A DNA stretch of 64,000 nt from NCBI GenBank assembly GCA_013239625.1, contig MU053136.1, positions 204,017 to 268,016 on the forward strand, in the 5' to 3' direction. This document shows, in pieces, positions 1 to 16,548 of the stretch. A program made the position numbers and the translations under genes. The first letter of the stretch is position 1; each line of letters opens with the position of its first letter. The notes beneath the pieces are model-generated. The model did no database searches. It saw nothing but the letters and a program-made list of their open reading frames with translations, and was not told where the DNA came from. The DNA is from Lama guanicoe (Eukaryota).

Positions 1-190
1 ACACGAGTTTGAACTATACTTATATGCACTTTTTCCCACTAGATGTATACTATAGGACTTCCTGCCCTACAGCTGGCTGAATCTGTGAATGCAGAACCTC
101 AGATATGGAGGGCTGACTGTAAAGTCACAGATATTTCACTGTGTGGAGGGTTGGTGCCCCTAACCCACCTCACTGTTCAAGGTCAACTGT
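1..190. mobile_element. Tigger2-family (TcMar) DNA transposon MITE remnant
   Basis: Starts ACACGAGTTTGAACT and ends TGTTCAAGGTCAACTG, resembling the Tigger2 terminal inverted repeat CAGTTGACCCTTGAACAACACGGGTTTGAACT (recalled consensus). Confidence 0.6.
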
Positions 191-204
191 GTAATATTCT
201 GTAT

Positions 205-990
205 TACTTATCTATTGCTATGTAATACATTATCCCAAGCCTGGAGGACTTAAAACAGCAAACATTATTATCAGGCTGATAAGAGAGAATTATTGTGTTA
301 TCAATAAAACTCTGCAAATACAATTCTCTGAAAATCTTTATAGGTCTCCTGTGAATCTTATTGAGGTTAACTACAGCAAATAAAAGCCATATTCACAAGT
401 ATTACTGAGCTAAGCCCTTCTCTTCCTTGGGCTTCATCAACCACTGAGAGTTCTATTGTTAGACTGAACCATCTCTGAGGAACCAGAACAAAGAATTTAT
501 GTTCACGTCCTTGGCTCCATTTTCAAACTATGTTTTCTTGAGTGTTTCCTAGATATGATCTTTGCTGGAAGTCATTTTTTCTCATTATTATTTTAGCATC
601 ATTGGTCCTTGGAGAGGCTAGGAATTTTCAAACCCAACAGAACCTCTTTGTTTAGCATTCCTTCCTTTAGCATATCTCTTTCTTTTCATATTCTACTAAA
701 GCAGCAAGAAGAAATCAGATGGCACCTTCAAAACTTTTCACCCCACTGCTGATGACAATGTTGCTAAATGTAACAAAGGCATCCTTTCCTTCAGTTTCCC
801 TTCTTTCCTCACTTCCCTTCATCAGCAGCCTCCTTAAAGGACATCAGGCTTCTACTAACAAGCTCTTCAATATTCTTTGGTCTTTCACTAACACTCCTCA
901 AATTCCTCCTGCTTCAGCCCAACACCCAGTGCCAAAGCCATTCCCACATTTTTAGGTTTTTATTATGGCAGCACCTCATTTCCAGATTTT
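205..990. mobile_element. Old ERVL-MaLR (MLT-type) LTR/internal remnant
   Basis: TATTGCTATGTAATACATTATCCCAA...CTTAAAACAGCAAACA at about 212-265 and CCAAAGCCATTCCCACATTTTTAGG...GGCAGCACC at about 930-980 resemble MLT motifs. Boundaries approximate. Confidence 0.45.
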
Positions 991-1228
991 GGCCAAACCC
1001 AGAAGCTAAACACACACAGGAGCCAACAACTATATATGCTGTTCTGTACCTTGTTTCTTTTGCTTAACAGCTTTGGATATCATTCAACATCAGTAGACAT
1101 AGGTTAACGCAGTGTTGTATTATCTGACTGAACCATGTTTTTAAAATTTTAACTTACTAATGTTTAAAATGTAAATGATTCACATTTGAAATGTTAATAG
1201 ATTGGCCAACTGCTGTCATAAGTTGTAC

Positions 1229-1718
1229 TGTTGGAGGAAGAATAGGTTCTTGCCTTGCCCAGGAAAGAATTCAAGAGCAAAGCATGGTAAAGTGAAAGTC
1301 AGTTTATGTAGAGAGATACACACTCCATGGACAGAGTGTGGTCTGTCTCCCTCAAAAAGGAAAATGGCTTAGGAGATACACACTCCACATTCAGAGTGCA
1401 GGCCTTCTCAGAAGGTGAGCATGACAGAGCTAGAGCGACAGAAGCAGAGCGACAGAGCCAGAGCGAGGGTGACCACGAGGGGCCGGAGTTGGGTATTGTG
1501 GAGCTGGTAATCTTACATACTAATGAGTAGGAGGATTATTCCAATTACTTTGAGGAAGGGGCGAGGATTTCCAGGAAACGCTCTCCCCTGCCCACTTTTG
1601 ACCTTTTATGGTCAGCCTAGGAACTGTCCTGGCGCCTGTGGGTGTGCCATGAGGCGCAAGGTCTACTAGAAGTCAAATCTTCCGCCATCTTGGTTCCAAC
1701 CAGTTTGTCCTGTCCTCA
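1229..1718 (-). mobile_element. Solo ERV1-like LTR inserted in an old L1
   Basis: TG...CA ends. GAAAGAATTCAAG...GTAAAGTGAAAG..GTTTAT motif typical of antisense ERV1 LTR R/U5. Internal direct repeat GAGATACACACTCCA. GC-richer than the AT-rich L1-like flanks. Target-site duplication not clear. Confidence 0.6.
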
Positions 1719-1719
1719 A

Positions 1720-2450
1720 TTGCTGTGTAATACCTTCAGTGGCTGTGCCCTGCCCCTTTTCCTCCCACTTCAGTACCAATTTACACTCACAACTCTGCAT
1801 GGCAGTGGCTGTTTCTCCAAACACCTGACCACTCAGTGTGTTAGTCAAGTCTTTGACCTTTACTAACTTGGTCATCAAAAAACATTTTACTATTATTCTA
1901 ATTTGCACCCTATTTATTATGAATAAGGTCAAGTTCATTTTCATATATTTAATAGCCATTTTCACTTTTTCTATCAACTGCCTAATCAGGATTTTTGACC
2001 ATTTGGGGTTAGTTGATCATTTTTTCTGACTGATGCTTTGGAGCTCTTAAGGAAAATTGATCTTTATCTGCAAATATTTTTTCACAGTTTGTCATTTCTC
2101 TCTCAGGTTTGTTTACAGAAATTTCTTCACTCAAGTTTTTCATATAGGCATACATGTATTAATATTTCTTTTTACATCTTCCCCACTCCAAGATTATGTT
2201 TAAAAAAACAAATTCATGATTTCTTTAACTATATTTATGGCTTCGTTTTTAATATTAAAATAGTTGATAGATCTAGTATTTATTTTGGTGTAAAGAGCAT
2301 GAGAATCCCATTTCCCCCCAGCTGATCAGTCATTTCTTTGTGTACAATTAATCTAATTGTCCATTCATCCTTCCCCCGTCGCCACGTTTTCATTATATTC
2401 TTCATTTCTTATTATATCTTTTTTCACTACTAAATCATAACACATCTTAT
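1720..2450 (-). mobile_element. Degraded L1 (L1M-type) fragment, also flanking at about 1020-1228
   Basis: T-rich degenerate sequence resembling antisense old L1 3' region. No intact ORF. Confidence 0.5.
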
Positions 2451-3975
2451 ATTAGAACCACGGAAGCACAGAACTTTGGGCAGTGTCAGGAGTCCGGCTG
2501 CAAGGAAGGGAGTCTACAGGTTTGCAGCCTGCACACAGAACTACAACCAATCTAGCCACTGTTCGGGGTTTCCTTCCTCCAACACCTCAACAAGGAGCAG
2601 TCAGAAGAAGTAGGCCCTTGAACTAAGGAGTGTTTGTTAGATAACGGGGCGGGAGGGGGGCTATGAACCAGCCTTTGTTAGCCAGGCAGTCTTGATTTTC
2701 CAGCATCTTGTCTGGCTTCCTTTATCTCATCCTAACTACCCAAATCTTCCTTGAAATGGGATTATGGGGTACCCCCGCCCCACCTCCTCCCGTAGCATTG
2801 TCACCCTTCCTTGCCTACGGTTTCGACGAGAGGGAGGCTCCAAACGACTAGGGATAGAATGACTGGGATCCGGGACAAGCGGCTGAGAGGCCAGGGCTCG
2901 CAGGCGCAGGGCTGGGAGTGGGCCGGGTGGCGTAGAGAGGACCTCCGCGCCGCGCCGGCTTCGCGCCCCCGCAGTGTCCTCGGGGCCCACTAGAAGGCGC
3001 CCCGGCGCTCGCATTCCCCGCGCGTAGCCGGAGCCTCCGCCGCAACCAGCCCGGAGCCTCCCCGCGCGGCGCCGCGATCTGAAGAGCCGGGCGGCGGCCC
3101 GAGACCTCCGGGCCGGGCAAGTGGGACAGGGTGCGGGGGAGCCTCGGCTTTGTTCCTGGGGTCGGAGTGTGGCGGTTTCTCGGCTCCGACCCCCACCCCC
3201 GCAGGAAACGCCCAGAACCACCCTAGAGCCGCGATCTACAAAGCCCAGCGATCCCGAAGGCGGGAGGGGTCAGGCGTGCTCCGGAGGCAGGAGGATCCCC
3301 CTCGCTCTCAGGCTCACGCCCGGCTCCTCATCAGGCCACCTCCAGCCCCATGAGGACCCCCGGGCCGGGGCTGAGAGCCTGGCGCAGCCTGGACCGAAAT
3401 CTTGCGGCGGCCTTAGAGCGTTAGACAGGTCAGTGCCGGGGCGGGATGCGGGGCCGAGCTGGAGGCGGGAGAAGGCGCGCTCGCCGGTCCACCTTGTCCC
3501 CCGCACAGCTTCCCAGGGCCACTCACGGTGTCACCTCCGCCGGGGCCACTCAGTAGCGCGGGCGTGATTCTGCATTTTCGTGACAGGCAAGGTGTGGCGC
3601 TGCCCTCTGCAGCCCACTCGGGGCCAGGTGATGCTCCGCCTCAGGGGTTGGGGGATGCGCGGGCCAGAGGAGGCGGCGGGCTCGGGGACGTCTGATGTTC
3701 TAATAAAGCGATGCTCCTCTACTTACGAGCCACCGCGTCAAAATCACCACATCCAAAGGTCTCTTGCTTCAAGATGCCGGGCCTCGGGCGTGAGAGGAAA
3801 GCGAGACCCGGGAGAGGGCGACAAGAAAGGAAGCCGGGAGACCCGAGGCCCGGGAAGTGAGGGGAGGGGGACCAGGGGACCGATTCGCTGTGCAAATCCT
3901 GGAGAGCACCCGGGGGGCAGGCAGGAGCCTTCCCTCCCCATCTTTCTCACTCCCCCACCCTACCGCCCACTCAGG

Positions 3976-9288
<5,313 letters not shown>

Positions 9289-9886
9289 AGGCCACCCTTG
9301 GCCTTCCAACTGTCAGGCTGGGCCTGCCTCCTTGTCCCTGCCAGGATTTCTAGCAAACCCCACCGGCCAGTGACCACTCCACTGACTGTCCCCAGTCTCC
9401 TTCAGAACTTGATCCCAAATAGGGGCTTGTCCTGGTGACACTCCGCCTTTCTGTGAGTGCCCAGGGGCATGATGGAGCCATAACTCATCCCACAGCCAGT
9501 GCCAAGTCCTCCTCCCACCCCCTTCTCGTGGGGCAGGAATTGGGGCGTTGCTTTCCAAGTGCCAAAGAGCCCACTGGGACTCTAAGAACCTAAAGTGAAA
9601 ACACTCTCCTGTCATCTCCTTGGGACTACGGGGATGGGGAAGCCCCCAGCATCTATTCCCAGGCCTGGGCCCCCCCATCTCTGGATCCAGGAATCTGCAG
9701 CGGCTGCAGCCCCACCCCATAGAGAAAACTGGTACTCTGGAGCTGCTGTAGGGGCTGGTGAACACACAGGTGAAAGCCATTTTCAGTTGTGTCTCTGCAG
9801 TGCTGTGGGCATGGAGGAAGGGGCATCAAGGGTCCGAGTGCAGACACCCAGACTCTCTTCATGAACCCAGAGGCTCTCAGCTTTGT

Positions 9887-9892
9887 TTTATT
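9887..9892 (-). terminator. SLC26A10: Poly(A) signal AATAAA of SLC26A10
   Basis: TTTATT on + strand, about 85 nt past the SLC26A10 stop codon. Confidence 0.7.
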
Positions 9893-9898
9893 AGTTAC

Positions 9899-9904
9899 AT
9901 TAAA
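9899..9904 (+). terminator. B4GALNT1: Poly(A) signal ATTAAA of B4GALNT1 (candidate)
   Basis: First A(A/T)TAAA hexamer I found downstream of the stop at 9288. Confidence 0.6.
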
Positions 9905-9976
9905 TAAGGGGGCACAGGGGCCATGGTCCTCTTCACACATGCACTGTTGGGGCCCTCCACAATTTGAGTGACCTGG

Positions 9977-12900
9977 TCAGACCCACACTGTGCAAGTCTT
10001 TGGACCAGTGAGCTCCTGGGAAAGGGAAGGGACATGTCAGAAATAGGTCAGCTGTCCCCCTCCCTCACCCAAGATTTGCCAGACCTCTGAGGGGCACAAC
10101 ACCTGCCTTGGAACCTAAGTTCCTCAGCTCTTCACCCACAGCTGGACCCAGTCTCTCTGGCTTAGTCTTAAATCAACTGATCATTTCACCCCTACCCCTT
10201 CCTCCTTCATCTTCCTCCTCAGCCCTCTTCGCAATCCCTCTGCCTGGATCTTCAGCCACTGACTCACACCTCCCTCGCCATAGCCCAGCACCTCCTGGCT
10301 TCCACTCCCGCTGCTACTGCCTCCTCACCAGTCTCTCCAGGGCATATGCAGCTGCATCCTGGACACTCACAAACAGCTGTTCTGGGGTCACTCTGTCCAG
10401 GAGTCCTGCCTGGGTCAGCGTTCCCAGCACTGAGGCTGTGTGGAGAGGGGGGCCAGGCTCTCAGGCCCTCCATCCACACTGTGTCCTCTTCCCTCCCCCC
10501 AAATGTCTGGTCATTCCCCAGTCTCCAGGTCCCTCCACCCTCCACCTCTCACCATTACATTGAGCCAGGAGAAAGTGGATCCCAGCATCTCGGCATCGGC
10601 TGGCCAGCTGTGGGGGTGGGGGGAGAGGGGTTAAATCCTACATCAGAGAGTATTCATGGGATGAGAAGGGGACTGTCTCCTTAACCTACCCTCTCCCTCA
10701 CCTGAACCACTTCTCTGGCCCCTGCAGCATCTGCAAAGGTGACACCACTGCAGTCTAGGACCACCACTCTGACAGGCTCAGCAACTAGGATGGGAGAAAG
10801 CAAGAGTACCCTGATGCCTCCACGGGTCGTGCCCAAATCTCCTTCCTTGTCATCCCATCTCACCTGCATCAGGTGGGCTGTCTGTCTTTGGAGTGAGCTG
10901 TGAGTAGAGAAGGGCAGTCACCACCTCTGAGACACAAGCTTGAACATGTACCCCTTGAGCACAATGACCCCCCCAGAACACCCACCTGCCTCCCACCCCC
11001 AAAGAAGCCATACGCTCCTTTTGACCAAATCCCTCACCTGGCCTCCTTCTCCAAGCCTCAAATGCCACTCCAGGATGCGGCGAAACTGCCCACGGGTTCC
11101 AAAGTAGAGTGGTGTTGGATAGCTCAGGATGCAGAGCCCTGGGACCTGGAGGAGCTAAGGGGCCAGAGGGTCAGTGAAACATTCCAGTCCAATCTCCCCT
11201 TCCTGCTTTGGCTGTAGCCCACCCACCTTGTGGCTCTCTCGGAGTGGCCTGTAGAGCTCTGTCCCCTCGGCCAGTCCAAGTGCCAGGCACCGGACCCTAG
11301 GCAGGAAGCTGGGGTCAGATTCCCAGCCTGAGCTGGCTGGAGAGTCACCCCAAGCACTCTGTTCTCTCCCCTCCTCTCGACTCCCCTCATCTCTACTCCC
11401 ACCTCTGGGTGCGGCAGACCACAGTCATCATGGAGAAGACCACACCTACAGCCAGACCCAGGTCCACGCTCAGGGTCACTACAGCCACCCATGTGACCAT
11501 CCACACAGCCTGCAGGACATAGATGGGAGCGAAATGCCCAGAAGGAATGCCAGGCCATCACTGCCAGGAAAAGGGGTCCAGGGGCAGTGACTACCTGGGC
11601 AAGTAATGGGGAGGGATGGCTCAGGAGAAAGTGGAAAGGATGATGGAGGGGGCAGGACTGACATAATGGGGGTTCCCCCCAGATGTAACTACCCCTTGAA
11701 CCACCTGGGGAGTTATAAATATTCAAGTCTGAAGAGGTTCAAGCTCCACCCTTCATCTTGTCTCTGAATAAAGGGATGAGGAGGTATACATGTTGGGGGT
11801 GGGTTGGGTGCAGAACTTAGGACTGGGACACTTAGCTTTGATCCAGGGCAGGGGTTGGGGATTCTGGGGAAGATGGGAGGGGCAATCTGAGGGTAAATCT
11901 GAGGGTAATGCTGCCATTTCTCACAAAGTCCACGCGGCTGATGCGCCACAGTTGTGGAAGCTCCTGCATCTGGAAGAACATCTGGCGCATGCTGGAGATG
12001 TTGATGCAGGCCAGGACAGCCTTGGGGCAGAGGAGGTGAGCTGACCTCCCTAGCATACTGAGATAGAGCCACCCACCCCCCAGCCATCCCTCCACCTTCT
12101 CTGCTGCTTACCTTGGGCAGATAGTAGAAGAAGGGCCCCAGCCACAGCAGCACAGACAGGACAACCAGGCAGGAAAAAAGGCCTGCCAGCTGGAGGGGAG
12201 GAGGGATGGAGGGACAGAAGCAAAGAAGGGAGGGAACCCCACCCACCGTCTGCTTCGCCATCCTTGGAAGGCTCCCTCCTCCCAAATCCCCTCCACACCG
12301 CCACACAGATATTCCTCACCCCTCAACTCCCTTCTTGATATTCTGCCACTCACACCTACCTTTCCTCTCCCCCAGTTAAATGCCTATCATTTGCCAGATT
12401 CCCCCAAGATGTAGTTCAATGTCCCTAAAAAACCACTGGTAGATTAACCTAAAAGCAGACTAAACACATGCTTAGGGCACCAGGAAAGTATGGGAAGCCA
12501 GAAATATTAGGGAGAGACTTTGATATATGATATTTCTTTTTAAAAGAAAATGTCCTCACAAGGAAAAAAATCAGAATTTTGTTTTTAAAGTTTATTTTCC
12601 ATATTAGTATTGTTCTTATTTTGAACTACACAAAGGGTACCTTTTTCAGTGCTTAGAGTCTATAAAGGTCTTAATGGAGATTTCTTCTCTTCAATCTCTC
12701 CTACCTAGATAGTCCCATCCCCACACTCACCTCCCCTCACAGATTCCCATCCTCCTCTATAGAGCTGCCACCAGGGTATCTACCAGTCTTCCACCTGTTC
12801 CACCACCACCCAAACTGGATGCCTCTTCCCCCTTCTTCTCATCCAAGGACAGGCTCTTACCTGTGTGTTCCCACCAGCATCCACTAGTAGGCTGGTCGTG

Positions 12901-15900
12901 GCCAACGTGGCCGAGTTGGGAAAGCAAGAGAAGAGGGAGGAGACGAGGTTGGAGACCCCATGCGCCAAGAGCTCCTGGAGGGATGCAGTGAGATGAAAAG
13001 GAGAGAGACCAAGTCATGTGTGGGGAGTGGGGAGTCACATGAGGGAGTTGTCCCTGGAATGAGGCTGGGGTCCTCACTCAAAGTCACACCTGGTTGGAGT
13101 CAATAGTGTAGCTGTACTTGTCTGCATAGATGGAGGCCAGGGAGGCGGACACAGCAAAGGTAACCAGTGCCATGGGCAGCGAGTCAGCCAGAATCCTGGG
13201 CAGCTCAGCTAGACTGGGAAGGAGAGGTTGAGGAAATCTAGAAAGAGAGAGGGATCCGTGGTGAGGATGGCTGGGGTATAAGGAGGCTATGGGGAAGAGA
13301 GAGGAGGAGGTGTTGAGAGACAGAGTTGTGAAAAAAGAAAGTTGGTGTCTTTTCATTATCTCTTACCCTCCGGGCAGCAATCCCACTATCTGGACATTGT
13401 ATCTTGTGTCCAGGGAAGAGGTGAAGCAGAGCACAGAGGCCAGAAGCACCTGAGAAAGAGAGGAAATGTGGGCATGGGAGGAGATAGGCTCCTGGCAGAG
13501 GCTAGAAGGGGCTGAACATGAGAGAGGATTGTAACGCCAGGTCCCATGGTTGCAGGACCCCAGCAGCTGGGGGAGCTGGGATGTGTTTGGGATGAGTGCC
13601 CGACAACTGATTTAGAGTGAGGGAGCGTGGGGACGGAAATGAGGATGATGTATGCCTGGACTTATGGAGAGAGATGGACTGGAGGAAATCAGAGAGAGCT
13701 GCTATAAGCGATGGTGTATATCAAGAAATATAACCAAGCCATTCCAAGTAGGGAAGCTGGGTTACATCTAGGGACATATGGGTTGTCTGTGGGGATGTGG
13801 AATATTTAATTAGCTGGGGAGAAAGAGAAATGTAGGTGGATGTGGGGAGGGAGATGAGCCGTGGGTGAGGAGAGAGAGGGAGTGGAGGTTCTGTGGGACC
13901 GCTGTAAGGAGGAAGAAGGCTTTCTGAGAGCTCCGGGGCAGGCTTCAGGAGAGAAGGGAAACGTGTGGATGGGGGATTTCGGAGCGTCAAAGTGTTTCGG
14001 GAAGAGGCCTGGAGAAGTACCACATAAGCAAGGCCTCTCATCTGTGACCTCTCTGCACTCCACGAGGGGGCGGCAGCGGCCAGTTCCTACAGGATGGGCA
14101 GGGTTTGTGCGGTGCCAGAGGCCGGGACCCAGGAGCCATCCTCACCATGACGATTTCCCCTGGGATCGGGGTGGGTAGCTTGTCTCGAAATCTCACATTC
14201 AGTTCCTTCACCGGCACGAGCAGCGCCAAGCTGAGTGCGGAGATGGTCAGTTCGGCGGGGCTGCTCCGGGGCAGCGCCGTCAGCACGGCGGCCAGCGTCT
14301 GCGGGCAGGGGCGGTGAGCGGAGGGCCCCGAGCCAGGTCGACTGCCCCCAGCGCGGACCCCCCAGACGAAGGCGAGGCCCTCTCTCCTGGCTCGCATCAG
14401 AGCTTTCACCTCCGTAGCGACCCTCATTCAGCCACATGGTTCTGACTTCTTCTCCGCCCCCGCCACACACTATCCCTCCACTCGCAGCCATTCCTTCCTT
14501 TTCGGGTTCCTGTCTTCCCGGGACAGCCAGAAGCTTCTTCGCTCTTCTCCCACCCCCACCTTGAAGAGAGCGAAGCAGCCGATCTGGCGCGGGAGGGGCA
14601 ACCCCAAAAGGCTGGGCAGCTGGGACACGAGCACGTGTAGGGCAGCCCCGCTGGTCAGCGCTTTGACCACAGGTTCCGACAGAAAGGTGGCCAGGATGCC
14701 GAGCTGCAGCGCGAACATCCCCAGCTGCAGGAGAGAAGATGCGCCATCATCACTCATCACTGGAGGAGGAGCGGACCAGCCAGAGTGCAGTGCGCCAGCT
14801 TCTCCGGGCACCTCTCCCGCCCAGACCGGTGCTGGAGACTTGTCCCCCCCGCCTCCTCCCCTGGCCCAGTTCCATGGTCCCCAGCGTGGATCCCCCAGAG
14901 TCCTCCCCCAAGGTCCTCCCTCACCATCAGTGCCCCGCTCCCGAAGGCCACGGCCGCCGCGGCACCAACCCGCTGAGCATCCAACTGTTCCCTCTCGATT
15001 CCGCTCAAGTTCCCCTCGAGAGGTTCGGGCACCAGCCGCTCCACGGCGGAGCCTGTCATGAGGCTGAGTACCGCGAAAGTTCCTAGGGCCCCGGGACAAA
15101 CGCAGAAATCGCCAGCTGTGCCGCTTGGGCGCAGCAACTCCCAGCCCCGCCCCCCCCCCATGTTGCCATCAGGCCCCCTGTCCTAGAAGGCTGCTGCTCA
15201 GGTGAAGACCATGGAACCAAGAGAAGCCCAGAACCCCTGGTGAGGAAAGAAGGGAGCACCCACTGCAAAACTGCCCCCAACTGCATCAGCCCCCTCTTGC
15301 ACATGCCCTGCAGACTGCTTGCTCCTTTGGCTGACAGTGCATATTCTCTCCCCTCTTCCAAGTCTTAAGGGACATTCGTTTTAGCCAAATTTCATGGGGA
15401 GGAAAAGTCTGAGTAAACTCCCGCCTCTTTGCACCGACTTAGCACCTCCAGAAAGCATTGCCTAGGTCAGAGGATCATAGCAGGGTAGCGGAAGGGGTGG
15501 ACAGGATGGTGGGGGATGTGAAGAGGGGAATAAGAGATAGATTATAAGAACTGGAAGCCTGAAACCCCTGTTCATTTCACCCCCACAGAGGAGAGAAGTC
15601 ATTGGGTCACTCACCCGTGGACAGATGTCTCCCAGTACCCAACAAGGTGTAGATGAGGACAGGGAAAAAAGAAGTGTAGAGTCCAAATACTGGGGGCACG
15701 GAGGTCAGGAGAGCAAAAGCCATGCCTGGGGGAGTAATGGAAAAAATGATTGATTTTCAGTGTGTGGGGTGGGGGGGTGGGGGTTCCCAGCCTCCAGGAC
15801 CCCGTTCCTTTCCCACACTCTGGGAGGCTGGCACCGGGACGCTAAATCACGCCACACTCGGGAACTGAGGGGTTAAGGGACCTCGGTGGGAGGTCGTGGG

Positions 15901-16548
15901 GCGAACAAGTTCAGAGATCCGTGTCGGCTGAGTCCTGGGGGGCAGGCATCGGGCCTCTCTCCAGTTCCCTGAGCCAGAACGTGTCCAAGACTTCTCGCAG
16001 GATTGCGCAGATGAGGGGAGCTGGAGGGTGGGGATCTGACGGAGGTCCACAGTCCTTGGCCAGAACTTGGCCTCAGATCCGGGTCGCCGAACCCTCAGCC
16101 GCACTAACCCACCACTTCGCTCCCGGTCCCAGGTCCCAGGCCCCATGCCAACCCAAAGCCCTCTAGAGCTTGGGCCCCTGACAGGCTGCTATTGGGGCCT
16201 CTCACCCTGGGGCACGTGCACGATGCCCACGGTCACTCCGGCCACCGCATCCCCCAGCAGCCAGGCCCGCCAGCGGTACCGGGGCAGCCAGCGCAGCGGG
16301 GGCAGCCGCGCCAGCAGCAGGCGCCACGCCCCCGGTCCGTAACGGGCGCCGGCCCGCCGCCTCCAGAGCCCGCGCAGCCGGGACCAGCGAGGCTCCGCCA
16401 GCGGCTCGGGCTCCTGCTCTGCGTCCCCGAAGAGCTGCTGGAACCGGGCCTCGGTAAGCGGTTCCCTGAACTTGGCGCCCAGGGGGAACTTAAGGTCGGA
16501 GGTCTCTCCCGGACCTGGGCAGGTCCTGGCGCCCAGGAGCCCACTCAT
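9977..16548 (-). CDS. SLC26A10: Solute carrier family 26 member 10 (SulP/STAS anion transporter), intact, 686 aa, 18 exons
   Basis: Exons (5'->3') 16548-16206, 15725-15615, 15082-14925, 14724-14560, 14298-14146, 13449-13367, 13237-13090, 12974-12861, 12189-12112, 12020-11925, 11509-11403, 11296-11227, 11154-11038, 10897-10864, 10784-10702, 10607-10553, 10435-10329, 10015-9977. All GT-AG, sum 2061 nt, no internal stop. SLC26 motifs [33 protein letters not shown] and NQE; STAS motif [15 protein letters not shown]. Confidence 0.93.
12440..12676. mobile_element. Possible hAT-type MITE remnant in SLC26A10 intron 8
   Basis: Imperfect inverted ends GATTAACCTAAAAGCAGACTAAACAC ... GTGCTTAGAGTCTATAAAGGTCTTAAT around an AT-rich core. 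Confidence 0.3.
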
